Shown in pieces: positions 19,340-28,260 of a stretch of 64,000 bases of DNA. Below the pieces are notes generated by a model that was not told the origin of the DNA, did no database searches, and saw nothing but the letters and a program-made list of their open reading frames with translations. This stretch comes from Candidatus Enterousia sp. GTDB taxonomy: Bacteria > Pseudomonadota > Alphaproteobacteria > Rs-D84. Location of the stretch: contig JAZSDC010000018.1 of the NCBI GenBank assembly GCA_045530935.1, forward strand, positions 1,724 through 65,723, given 5' to 3'. A program made the translations under genes and the position numbers. Each line of letters opens with the position of its first letter. Within the stretch, counting starts at the first letter, position 1.

Positions 19340-20207
19340 ATTTGGTTTGGGGCGGGGTCTTGCAGATTTGCAAAGTGCACGCGGAACGATACCTAATATT
19401 TCGTTGTTAACACCGGCGGAACGTGTTGTTGTAAAACAAGTGCCGCTGTCGCAGATTGCTGCAAACCCGGATCAGCCACGTAAGTTTTTTTCAGAAAGCG
19501 AGCTGGATGAGTTGGCTGCGTCTATACGTGAAAAAGGGGTGCTGCAACCAATTTTGTTGCGCAGTGTGTCTGGGCGTCCATATCTGTATGAAATTGTTGC
19601 TGGCGAACGTCGTTTTCGTGCATCAAAAATTGCAGGAAAAACAGAAATACCTGCGTTAATAAAAAATATTACAGATGATAACGCGCGCGAGATTGCATTG
19701 ATAGAAAATGTTCAGCGTGAAAATCTGAACCCAATTGAAGAAGCGAATGCATATAAAAACTTAATGGAATGTTGTGATTATGAGTTGCCCGATGTTTCGC
19801 GCTTGATTGGAAAATCAGAAAGCTATATTCGTAATATGTTGCGACTGACATCATTACCAGATTCAGTTCAGAATTTGGTAGAGCAGGGGGAATTGACTGC
19901 ATCGCATGCGCGTACTATTGCTGTTGCAGAAAATCCAGAAGAATTAGCGCATCGGATTATATCTGAAAAGTTATCTGTCGCAGATACAGATAAGCTTGTT
20001 AAAACCGCACCGCGGTCCAGCAAAACCAGAAATCATGTTGCGCGTACATTAAATTCTGATGCATTGCATGAAATTGAAACTAAAATAAAACAATCGCTTG
20101 GCGTGCCTGTGAAAATAACAGAGCGTCGTGGTGGGGCAGGGCAGATTATTCTTTCTTATGTTTCTCGACCACAATTATATGAATTAGTTGAAAAAATATC
20201 TAAATAA
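19329..20207 (+). CDS. parB: chromosome partitioning protein ParB
   Basis: NPDQPRK, VAGERRFRASK and ENVQRENLNPIEEA motifs. Overlaps the end of parA. Confidence 0.95.
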   Translation: MANKFGLGRGLADLQSARGTIPNISLLTPAERVVVKQVPLSQIAANPDQPRKFFSESELDELAASIREKGVLQPILLRSVSGRPYLYEIVAGERRFRASKIAGKTEIPALIKNITDDNAREIALIENVQRENLNPIEEANAYKNLMECCDYELPDVSRLIGKSESYIRNMLRLTSLPDSVQNLVEQGELTASHARTIAVAENPEELAHRIISEKLSVADTDKLVKTAPRSSKTRNHVARTLNSDALHEIETKIKQSLGVPVKITERRGGAGQIILSYVSRPQLYELVEKISK

Positions 20208-20213
20208 AACTAT

Positions 20214-20245
20214 TAAAAAAAGCCGGTGTTTGCCGGCTTTTTTGT
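20214..20245. terminator. bidirectional terminator
   Basis: AGCCGG-TGTTTG-CCGGCT flanked by A7 and T6. Confidence 0.7.
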
Positions 20246-20258
20246 TGTGTTTTTTTTG

Positions 20259-21137
20259 TCAGTCTTCACCAAAATCCATGTCGCGTAATTTCTCGGCGCG
20301 TGGCGCAATTTTTGAAATAGAGGTCTGTAATTGATCGATATCTGTCTGTGCCTGTGCAAAATGTCGTGATACATTTGCAGCCCTGTCGCCCAGACGTGTT
20401 AAATCAGTTAACAGTAATTCTAATTCTTTTTTTATTTGGGCGGCAACTCGCTTGATTTTTATGTCAGATAATACTGCGCGAATTGTATTCAATGTTGCCC
20501 ATAACGTCGAAGGTGAAACAATAAACACGCGTTTTCGTGCCGCATATTCAATAGTTCCTGGAAATTCACGATGCAGGGCTTCAAAAATAGATTCAGATGC
20601 GATAAACATCATTGCGGATTCTGCAGTTTGGCCAGGTATTATGTATTTTTCGCCTATTGCATCAATATGTTTTCGTACGTCTAATTCGAACTGCTTTTTT
20701 ACTGCGCCGTCATTTGGCTCTGCCATCATGCGGTTATAGCTTTCCAGTGGGAATTTACTGTCAATAATCATGTCGCCTGGTGGATATGGCAGACGAATAA
20801 TACAGTCTGGTCGAACGCCAGTATCCAGAACAGACTGAAATGCATATGTTTCTGGTGGCATAATATCACGAACTAAGTCTTCCAGTTGTCTTTCTCCAAA
20901 TGTGCCACGTGCTTGTTTATTGCCCATTAAAATATTTTTAAAGTTTGCAATATCGCTGCTGATATTCTTTAATTCTATGGCGTTTTGACTAAGCGCTCCC
21001 AGCCTTTCTGCCAATCTTTCACGCAGTCTGGCATTATCTTCGCGCAGGGCGGATATATCAACGATTGGACGGCGTATTAGAATGGCCAGTAATAAAACAA
21101 TTATTATAAATAATAATACAAAAATATAAGTTGTCAT
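20259..21137 (-). CDS. rmuC: DNA recombination protein RmuC (short, 292 aa)
   Basis: N-terminal TM, a coiled coil, then GTFGERQLEDLV..RPDCIIRLP..IIDSKFPLESY. Confidence 0.8.
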   Translation of the reverse strand: MTTYIFVLLFIIIVLLLAILIRRPIVDISALREDNARLRERLAERLGALSQNAIELKNISSDIANFKNILMGNKQARGTFGERQLEDLVRDIMPPETYAFQSVLDTGVRPDCIIRLPYPPGDMIIDSKFPLESYNRMMAEPNDGAVKKQFELDVRKHIDAIGEKYIIPGQTAESAMMFIASESIFEALHREFPGTIEYAARKRVFIVSPSTLWATLNTIRAVLSDIKIKRVAAQIKKELELLLTDLTRLGDRAANVSRHFAQAQTDIDQLQTSISKIAPRAEKLRDMDFGED

Positions 21138-21179
21138 TTCTCATTCCTTTGCTATTATTTATTATAAGAGGATTTAAAT

Positions 21180-21683
21180 ATGTTGCAAATGAAACTTTGT
21201 GGTGATGTTGTTTTGCGCACAGTATGTGCGCCTGTTGAACAAATTACCCAGGATTTATTATCTGTAATGGATGAAATGGTTGAAATGATGCGTGCGCAAA
21301 ATGGCGTAGGGTTAGCAGCACCCCAGGTTGGAATATTATCGCGTTTTTTAGTAATGTTGGATCCTGATTCAGATACTGTTTATCGCATGATAAATCCACG
21401 AATTACATCGTATGGTTCTGATAAAACGATTATGGAAGAAGGCTGCTTGTCTGTATTGGGGCATGATGGTTTGCCTGTATATGCAAATGTTGCGCGTCCG
21501 TCATCTGTCGTTGTTGAATGGACAGATGAAACAGGTGCAAAAAAAATGGCAGAAATGCATGGGCTGCCCGCCAGAATCGTTCAGCATGAAACAGATCATC
21601 TAGATGGCAAGTTGTTTGTAGATTATCTGTCATCATTACGTCGTGAAATGCTAATGCGTAAAGTAAAGAAGTTAAAAAAATGA
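21180..21683 (+). CDS. def: peptide deformylase
   Basis: GVGLAAPQVG, EGCLS and HETDHLDG motifs. Confidence 0.95.
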   Translation: MLQMKLCGDVVLRTVCAPVEQITQDLLSVMDEMVEMMRAQNGVGLAAPQVGILSRFLVMLDPDSDTVYRMINPRITSYGSDKTIMEEGCLSVLGHDGLPVYANVARPSSVVVEWTDETGAKKMAEMHGLPARIVQHETDHLDGKLFVDYLSSLRREMLMRKVKKLKK

Positions 21684-22486
21684 AGCTTGTTTTAATGGGG
21701 ACAAATGCATTTGTTGTTCCGATATTTGATGCGATTAAAAACGCTGGTCACGAAATAGTAGCTGTTTTTACGCGCGCGCCAAAGCCTGTGGGGCGGAAAC
21801 AGGTTTTAACACCGTCGCCCGTGCACAGTTGGGCAAATGAAAATAATTTGACAGTGCATACAAATATCAATGAATACCAGTATCGTCCTGATATGGTGGT
21901 TGTGGTTTCTTATGGTGTTATATTGCGTGATAATGTTTTGAATTCTGCGCCTGTTATAAATATTCATCCAAGCAGCCTGCCAAAATATCGTGGCCCATCA
22001 CCAATTCGCACTGCGATTTATAATGGTGATACAAAATCAGCGGTATGTTTAATGGATGTAACGCCTGAATTAGATGCGGGAAACATTCATATGTGTCGTG
22101 AATTTGAAATTGGTATTGATGACACGAACCAGGATATAGAATCACGTGTATCTAAAATTGGTGCGAATATGTTAACAGAATTTCTGGATTCTCCATTGGA
22201 TTATCCTGGGGTTCCACAAACAGGCGATGTAATATTTACTCGCAAATGGACCAGTTCAGACGAGATGATAGATTGGGCATGTCCTGCGTACAAGATTCAT
22301 AATCAAATTCGTGCGCTGGGGGCAGGGCGAACCAAAATAAATGGTATTGATGTTAAAATATTAAAAACGAAATTAAACAATGATAAACTTGAAATTCTGC
22401 AGTTGCAGCCCGCCGGGAAAAGACCAATGGATTGGCGTAGTTTTATCAACGGTCTGCGTGGTGCAGAAATAAAGTACGGAGAATAG
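21680..22486 (+). CDS. fmt: methionyl-tRNA formyltransferase (short, 268 aa)
   Basis: NIHPSSLPKYRGPSPI, and a 4-nt overlap with def. Confidence 0.9.
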   Translation: MKLVLMGTNAFVVPIFDAIKNAGHEIVAVFTRAPKPVGRKQVLTPSPVHSWANENNLTVHTNINEYQYRPDMVVVVSYGVILRDNVLNSAPVINIHPSSLPKYRGPSPIRTAIYNGDTKSAVCLMDVTPELDAGNIHMCREFEIGIDDTNQDIESRVSKIGANMLTEFLDSPLDYPGVPQTGDVIFTRKWTSSDEMIDWACPAYKIHNQIRALGAGRTKINGIDVKILKTKLNNDKLEILQLQPAGKRPMDWRSFINGLRGAEIKYGE

Positions 22487-22488
22487 TT

Positions 22489-22668
22489 ATGTCTGCAAAA
22501 CCAGAAAAAAAGTGTATAAATTGTGCGTGTTTTGAAATATATACAGATGAAAAGAATCAGGTGCATCATCTGTGCTATAAGGGTGATATTGTAAATATAT
22601 TTTTCTTTGGGCCAAAACCTGTTGGGCCGTATGATGTGTGTACAAATTTTGTGCAAAAAACCAGATGA
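22489..22668 (+). CDS. small 4-Cys protein (59 aa), paralog of the next gene
   Basis: Not in the ORF track (under 60 aa). My translation: MSAKPEKKCINCACFEIYTDEKNQVHHLCYKGDIVNIFFFGPKPVGPYDVCTNFVQKTR. Starts 2 nt after the fmt stop. Shares MS..PEK.C.NC...TD.K.Q..H.C...P..D.C..F.QKTR with 22688-22882. Confidence 0.6.
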   Translation: MSAKPEKKCINCACFEIYTDEKNQVHHLCYKGDIVNIFFFGPKPVGPYDVCTNFVQKTR

Positions 22669-22687
22669 ATTATAAAGGAAAATTATT

Positions 22688-22882
22688 ATGTCAAAAACAC
22701 CTGAAAAGATTTGTTTAAATTGTATTAATTATATAGAAACAACAGATCAAAAGCGCCAGCCTGTACACGAATGTTGTCGCATAGTTTTTGGTGTACAGAA
22801 TAACATGAATGTGCATTATGCTGTGCGTCGCCCAGTAAATCCATGTGATACATGCGATTTTTTTACACAAAAGACACGATAA
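22688..22882 (+). CDS. small 4-Cys protein (64 aa), paralog of the previous gene
   Basis: MSKTPEKICLNCINYIETTDQKRQPVHECC...NPCDTCDFFTQKTR. Ends 3 nt before truA. Confidence 0.6.
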   Translation: MSKTPEKICLNCINYIETTDQKRQPVHECCRIVFGVQNNMNVHYAVRRPVNPCDTCDFFTQKTR

Positions 22883-22885
22883 AAA

Positions 22886-23617
22886 ATGACACGATATAAA
22901 TTAACACTTGAATATGATGGAACTGAATTAATTGGCTGGCAAGAAAATCGCCAGGGACCATCTGTGCAATCGATTATACGTGATGCGATTGAAAAATTTT
23001 GTGGCACACGCACAGACGTTGTTGGGGCTGGTCGTACAGATGCAGGCGTTCATGCAGTTGCAATGGTCGCACATACTGATATTCCAGGCGAACACACTGC
23101 AAATACAGTTATGCGCGCATTGAATTTTTATCTGGTTGGTCAGCCTGTTGCAGTATTGAATTGTGAAATTGTTTCTGATGAATTTCATGCGCGCTTTGAT
23201 TGTACTGCGCGTCATTACAAGTATATCGTTTTAAATCGTGCAGCATCCCCTGTCTTGGATAAAAATCGTGTATATTGGGTTCCGCGCGCGCTGGATATTG
23301 AAGCGATGCGTGTGGCAGCACAAAAATTAATTGGTAATCACGATTTTACCAGCTTTCGTGCATCTGAATGTCAGGCAAAATCCCCGGTTAAAACATTGGA
23401 TAAAATTACAATCACAAAAAACGGTAATGAAATAGTATTTGAATTTTCTGCGCGTTCATTCCTGCACCATATGGTACGTAATATCGTTGGAACATTAATA
23501 GAAATAGGTTTAGGCAAACCATACGATATTGGTTCTGTTTTGGATGCGCGTGACCGCAGTGCTGCTGGGCCAACCGCACCCGCATCAGGACTATATTTTA
23601 TTCGTGCAGATTATTAA
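22886..23617 (+). CDS. truA: tRNA pseudouridine(38-40) synthase TruA
   Basis: YDGT...GWQ, GAGRTDAGVHA, FLHHMVRNIVG. Confidence 0.95.
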   Translation: MTRYKLTLEYDGTELIGWQENRQGPSVQSIIRDAIEKFCGTRTDVVGAGRTDAGVHAVAMVAHTDIPGEHTANTVMRALNFYLVGQPVAVLNCEIVSDEFHARFDCTARHYKYIVLNRAASPVLDKNRVYWVPRALDIEAMRVAAQKLIGNHDFTSFRASECQAKSPVKTLDKITITKNGNEIVFEFSARSFLHHMVRNIVGTLIEIGLGKPYDIGSVLDARDRSAAGPTAPASGLYFIRADY

Positions 23618-25524
23618 TTCCATCGACGGTTTCGTGTTATATGTTTAACGTGCCCATTTGGGTAAATCACAAATCCACCGCGCAGCAATTTATTTGCGCA
23701 TTGTTCAGACTTGATATCATAATAAGAAACGATGTATTTAATGGTTGTATCATTACATAGTTCTTTTATATTTTTCATCATTGGTACAAATTTCTGTACA
23801 TATACTATATTACCATATCTATAGATTCCTTTATCGTGTTTGCGACGTCTGTTTGGTGTGTTTATTGGTTCACCGTTAATTTGTTTCCATGTATTAAATG
23901 CGAAATAATGATTTGAAGCGCGTGATTTATTAAATTCTAATTTTCCGTCTTCTCGTATAAATGCCACCAGTTCATTATCATATGTTGCATAGAAAATTGG
24001 TTGTGGTGTTATTGCGGTGATTATTATTCCGAAAGTAAACAACACCCCAAATAAAATATAGTTAACTTTGATTTTTATATTCTTTACAAGAATCAGGCAA
24101 ATAAAGGCAGCAATAAAACATAATATCGCGGCATTAGAAATATGCGGTACTGTAACCATCGCGCAGGGCAGGTTAGCGATATAATCTGCAATACCCAGGC
24201 TGTAATCATATATACTGTGTGCGAAAATGATTAATTTGTGAAAACCGGATATCGTTCCAATAAAAACCAGTGGCATAATAGCAAATGAAAATATTGGTAA
24301 TAACAGCATATTTCCAATTAGACCATAAACAGGAAATGCGCCAAAGTGCATCGCGATAAAAGGTGCTGTAAAAATGGTCGCGGTAACTGTGGTTATCAAT
24401 GATGCGTAAATTATTCTTGATATTTTATTTTGTGGTAATCGCGGTTTAACAATTGTAAACATCCATACCAGCCCAAAAACAGCTGCGAATGACAACTGAA
24501 AGCCGGCCTGCATCACATAATGCGGATTAATAAAGAATACAATACAAAATACCATTGCGATATTGCGCATGGAAATTGCGCTGCGTCCAAAAATGAACGC
24601 CATAAACACCAGTGTTGTCATTAAAAATGCACGAATTGTTGCAACGTCAATTCCTGACAAAAACAGGTACAATATTAATCCTATCCATGCACAACACATT
24701 GCCGGTATTTTCGCTGGAATCCTGCGTGTAATCCATGGTATGGAACGAAACAGAAAATAAAATATAACAAATATCCAACCGCCAACCAATGTCATGTGAA
24801 ATCCACTAATTGACCATACGTGTCCAATACCTGTTGCGGTCCATATTTCTGCATGGGACTTTGGGATTATGTTTTTGTATCCTAATACCAATGCGTCAAC
24901 TAAAAAAGAATTTGTGTTTCGGTGTATATAATCGCGCAGTTGGTCTATATCATTTCGCGGGTTATGATTAATTACAGAAATTTCGTTAATGTATCCTGTG
25001 GCTGTCAGATTATTAAAATATGCCCATCTGGCATAGTTAAAAGCCTCTGGTGCATACGGTGGTGTCGGACGAAACAATCCGATATTTACCTGGACTTCAT
25101 CGCCTATTTTAGGCCCCAGACAATTATCACACAGTGTTAGACGGATATTTGCATTTCCATTGCCTGCATTTATTTTGGCTGCATTTACAGACAGATATAT
25201 TCGTGACTTTTCATCTGTGTAATCGATATTTTCTACGGTGCCAATAAGCGTAAGATTGTGTAAATTATGCGATAATTTTGGTGTATTGATTACGTTTGTA
25301 AATATACACGCGTAACAAAAACCAAATACAAACAGAAACACGCCACGAAATATAACGCTGTTTCGTTTAATTACAGATATGATGCCCAAAACCAAGGTGC
25401 AAATAACTATAAACAGTAAATCAAGGTCGGTATTTTGTGTAAAATACAGTGCGGCACCCAATGCTAATAAGAAAGGCGTATATAAAAATAAGTTATGATA
25501 CTGATTACTTAACCAATCCCGCAT
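23614..25524 (-). CDS. comEC: ComEC/Rec2 family DNA internalisation channel protein (no metallo-beta-lactamase domain seen)
   Basis: 636 aa and polytopic. N-terminal DUF4131-like region, a competence-domain-like core (GIGHVWSISGFHMTLVGG), and a short non-MBL C-terminus. Confidence 0.7.
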   Translation of the reverse strand: MRDWLSNQYHNLFLYTPFLLALGAALYFTQNTDLDLLFIVICTLVLGIISVIKRNSVIFRGVFLFVFGFCYACIFTNVINTPKLSHNLHNLTLIGTVENIDYTDEKSRIYLSVNAAKINAGNGNANIRLTLCDNCLGPKIGDEVQVNIGLFRPTPPYAPEAFNYARWAYFNNLTATGYINEISVINHNPRNDIDQLRDYIHRNTNSFLVDALVLGYKNIIPKSHAEIWTATGIGHVWSISGFHMTLVGGWIFVIFYFLFRSIPWITRRIPAKIPAMCCAWIGLILYLFLSGIDVATIRAFLMTTLVFMAFIFGRSAISMRNIAMVFCIVFFINPHYVMQAGFQLSFAAVFGLVWMFTIVKPRLPQNKISRIIYASLITTVTATIFTAPFIAMHFGAFPVYGLIGNMLLLPIFSFAIMPLVFIGTISGFHKLIIFAHSIYDYSLGIADYIANLPCAMVTVPHISNAAILCFIAAFICLILVKNIKIKVNYILFGVLFTFGIIITAITPQPIFYATYDNELVAFIREDGKLEFNKSRASNHYFAFNTWKQINGEPINTPNRRRKHDKGIYRYGNIVYVQKFVPMMKNIKELCNDTTIKYIVSYYDIKSEQCANKLLRGGFVIYPNGHVKHITRNRRWN

Positions 25525-25558
25525 ACAGAAAGTATAGGAAATTATACAATGTATGCAA

Positions 25559-25831
25559 TTAATTTTTGCGTGATTTTTTTGCTTTTTTGGATTCCGCTTC
25601 GTCTCCCAGCATTTGCAGTTGCATTTTCATAATGATATTTTCTTTATCGCGAATTTGCTTCAGCAATTCTTCATTTTCCAGCTTGATTTTATCCAATGTT
25701 GTCTTGCTGATAACCAACTGGTTTGCCATTTGTCGTCCGCGTTTACGATTTAAAAAGAAAGCAAAAACAGCCCCCAGTATTGCGCCAATAGAAGCGCTAA
25801 GTACATCAAAAAGTGTTTCTATGATAAACAT
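25559..25831 (-). CDS. small membrane-anchored coiled-coil protein (90 aa)
   Basis: One N-terminal TM (SIGAILGAVFAFFL), then a heptad-like, charged C-terminus. Confidence 0.45.
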   Translation of the reverse strand: MFIIETLFDVLSASIGAILGAVFAFFLNRKRGRQMANQLVISKTTLDKIKLENEELLKQIRDKENIIMKMQLQMLGDEAESKKAKKSRKN

Positions 25832-25871
25832 AGAAACACAATAACATTTTATACATAAAAAATCAGTTGGT

Positions 25872-26468
25872 TTATTTTCTTAGACCTGTTTTTGGGTCAA
25901 TCCATACCTGCTCTTCTGCGATTTCCATCATCGGCATATCTGATTTACTGTCTGAATATGCACGCACAACATTTGGGATAAATTTATTTTCCTTGGCCCA
26001 TTCATCCATAATATAAACCTTATTTTTTCCCCAACACAAGAATTCATATTTCCATGGTTTTTTCTTGTTCATTTTTGAACAGAAAACTGCATCAAATTTC
26101 ATATCGCGCACCAACATTGGCAGCAGATAATCAGTGCTGGCAGAAACCATTAATACTTTGCGACCGGCATCTCGTTCCGCCTGTACACGTTCTTTTGCCC
26201 ATCCGAATCTTTCGCGCTTGTGTTGTTTTATAAAACCAGGGGCAAATTTTTTTACCATCTCTGGTGTGATAAATCGACGAATGTTTTCGCGCCACCAAAC
26301 CCCACCTGGGTTAATCCATTTGCAAACAGCGCATATTCCTATTAACGGCAGATAAACCCATGGACGAACACTGCGACGAAAACAATATTTTGCAAATTCT
26401 ATATTTGAATCGCGTGCGGACAAAGTTCCATCAAAATCAAACAAAACAACATCTGTTTTTTTTAACAT
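25872..26468 (-). CDS. HAD-superfamily hydrolase (HAD-IB-like)
   Basis: Motif I VLFDFDGTLS, later SAS and YSDSKSD motifs. Confidence 0.65.
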   Translation of the reverse strand: MLKKTDVVLFDFDGTLSARDSNIEFAKYCFRRSVRPWVYLPLIGICAVCKWINPGGVWWRENIRRFITPEMVKKFAPGFIKQHKRERFGWAKERVQAERDAGRKVLMVSASTDYLLPMLVRDMKFDAVFCSKMNKKKPWKYEFLCWGKNKVYIMDEWAKENKFIPNVVRAYSDSKSDMPMMEIAEEQVWIDPKTGLRK

Positions 26469-26483
26469 ATATAAATACCTTTT

Positions 26484-26948
26484 TTATTTTCTGTTTTTTC
26501 TAAATTCATCCAAAGACACGACGCGTCCAGGGTCTGGAACAGTATCTGGCTTTTCATCCAGTGGCAGTTCCATATCGTTATCGGCGGCTGCATTTTGTGG
26601 TTTTGGTTGGAATGACAACATAAAATCTACCGAAGGGTCTTTAAATTCAACCAACGCAGAAAATGGTACGCGTATAAAGAATGGACGTCCATCAAAGGTC
26701 AGCTGTACGCCGAATTCTTTATCAGAAACATGTAAATTATTATACGAATACTGTAAAACAATTGTCATAATATCTGGGTATCTAATTCGCAAGAAATCGG
26801 GCAACACAACGCCTGCATCACGTGTGCGAAATGTTATAAAGAAATGTGTCCCATCTCCCAGACCGTTAAACTGTGCATGAACCAGTGCGTCTTTTACAAC
26901 TGATTTTAATGCGTTATCTAATAATGTTTGATAATCAATACGTGCCAT
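26484..26948 (-). CDS. sspB: ClpXP adaptor SspB (alphaproteobacterial type)
   Basis: IDYQTLLDNALKSVVKDAL..GTHFFITF.T...GV.LP..LR..YPD.MTIVLQ..Y.NL.V....F.V.L.F.G....I.VPF.A...F.DPSV.F matches the alpha SspB pattern. Confidence 0.7.
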   Translation of the reverse strand: MARIDYQTLLDNALKSVVKDALVHAQFNGLGDGTHFFITFRTRDAGVVLPDFLRIRYPDIMTIVLQYSYNNLHVSDKEFGVQLTFDGRPFFIRVPFSALVEFKDPSVDFMLSFQPKPQNAAADNDMELPLDEKPDTVPDPGRVVSLDEFRKNRK

Positions 26949-26952
26949 AATT

Positions 26953-28032
26953 TCACTCCGCGCATACTATATTATTTATTTCCCCATTTTGGCAAGTAAC
27001 AAATACAGCATCTGGTACATCTTTGAAAACATTTGGGTCCAGTCCAGTTGCCCATACTTGCGCATCTGCCGATTCTAATTCACGAAATAATTGTGCGCGC
27101 GCATTTGTGTCCAGGTGTGCAGCCGCTTCGTCCAGTAAAATTATTACGCGTTTAGCCGTTTTTGTATGTATTAACTTTGCGTGCGCTAAAATCAAATCAA
27201 TCAACACTGTTTTTTGTTGCCCTGTGCTGGTTAGGTGTGCGGGCAGTTTTAATTCATTATTGAATACAGTAAAATCTGATTTGTGTGCCCCATCCAGAAC
27301 CATTTTATCGCCAATTAATACGCGGTTATTTTTCAGATATTCCATATATGCACGTTCTGCGTCACCCGCACTGGCGCCACCAATCAACATTTTTTCAATC
27401 CATCCGGACACAGAAACAGCGCATCGTTTCAGGAAATAATTTATCTCGCCCGCGTATTGTATTCGTGCAACCGCAATCGCTATGGCGGTTCCTGCAATTT
27501 GCTCGTCCAGTGCATTTAACCAGTGCACATCTGCCCCAGTTTTTAACGCATATGCACGTTCGCTTAACAGTTTACTTAATTTGGCATTTCTTCCCGCATG
27601 CGTGGCATCGAAACTGGTTGTTAATCTATCGAAAAAAGCCCTGCGTTCAGATGCGCTGTCTACAAACAATCTGTCTTCACGTGGTGTTAGCCACACGATA
27701 CGGATATGTTTCGCTAAATCAGACAATGGGGCACTTTCGCCATCTATTTTTGCGCGACGATTTGTGTCGCCACCGACAAACTGGACAGAAATTTCCGTTG
27801 CGTCGTTTAATTCTGCAAATGCATAAAATCCCCCATTTCCATCAAATCGTGCGATGTCGCACATTTGTGCGCCGCGCATACCACGTTCTCCGCCCAGCAT
27901 AGACAACGCTTCTAATATTGCAGTTTTTCCTGCGCCATTTGGACCAGTGATTATTATATTATGGCGTCCGTATGTCACAACGCGCCCCATAACATGATTT
28001 CTAAAATCTGTCAGACTTAAACTGTTAATCAT
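26953..28032 (-). CDS. recF: DNA replication and repair protein RecF
   Basis: LSLTDFRNH N-terminus, Walker A GPNGAGKTAILEA, and the signature SQGQQ variant STGQQKT. I prefer the ATG at 28032, since the track start at 28068 is TTG inside a terminator. Confidence 0.85.
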   Translation of the reverse strand: MINSLSLTDFRNHVMGRVVTYGRHNIIITGPNGAGKTAILEALSMLGGERGMRGAQMCDIARFDGNGGFYAFAELNDATEISVQFVGGDTNRRAKIDGESAPLSDLAKHIRIVWLTPREDRLFVDSASERRAFFDRLTTSFDATHAGRNAKLSKLLSERAYALKTGADVHWLNALDEQIAGTAIAIAVARIQYAGEINYFLKRCAVSVSGWIEKMLIGGASAGDAERAYMEYLKNNRVLIGDKMVLDGAHKSDFTVFNNELKLPAHLTSTGQQKTVLIDLILAHAKLIHTKTAKRVIILLDEAAAHLDTNARAQLFRELESADAQVWATGLDPNVFKDVPDAVFVTCQNGEINNIVCAE

Positions 28033-28052
28033 ATGCAATATCATACAAAATA

Positions 28053-28080
28053 AAAAAATCACCCGCAAGGGGTGTTTTTA
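28053..28080 (-). terminator. terminator downstream of tRNA-Cys
   Basis: The minus strand shows CACCCC-TTGC-GGGTG followed by T7. Confidence 0.6.
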
Positions 28081-28092
28081 TCTGATTAAAAG

Positions 28093-28166
28093 TGGAGGCC
28101 TGGGTCGGAATCGAACCGGCATCCAAGGATTTGCAGTCCTCTGCATAACCACTCTGCCACCAGGCC
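28093..28166 (-). tRNA. tRNA-Cys (anticodon GCA), CCA encoded
   Basis: The reverse complement reads GGCCTGGTGGCAGAGTGGTTATGCAGAGGACTGCAAATCCTTGGATGCCGGTTCGATTCCGACCCAGGCCTCCA. Acceptor GGCCTGG/CCAGGCC, anticodon loop CTGCAAA, discriminator U. Confidence 0.9.
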
Positions 28167-28199
28167 TTAATCAGCGAAATCATATTAAGAAAAAAAAAA

Positions 28200-28229
28200 T
28201 TGTATTTCAATAGAAAAATGTTTTATAAT
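28200..28229 (+). promoter_or_regulatory. sigma70-like promoter for the tolC/adaptor operon
   Basis: TTGTAT, 18-nt spacer, TATAAT. Confidence 0.4.
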
Positions 28230-28260
28230 AAAAAAAGTTTTCAGAGAGAGTGTTATTTTT

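Noticed and set aside
22303-22656. 117-aa minus-strand ORF overlapping the fmt 3' end and the first small Cys ORF
   Set aside because: It is antisense to fmt for half its length. The plus-strand 59-aa ORF has a paralog immediately downstream and exact operon spacing, which explains the region better.
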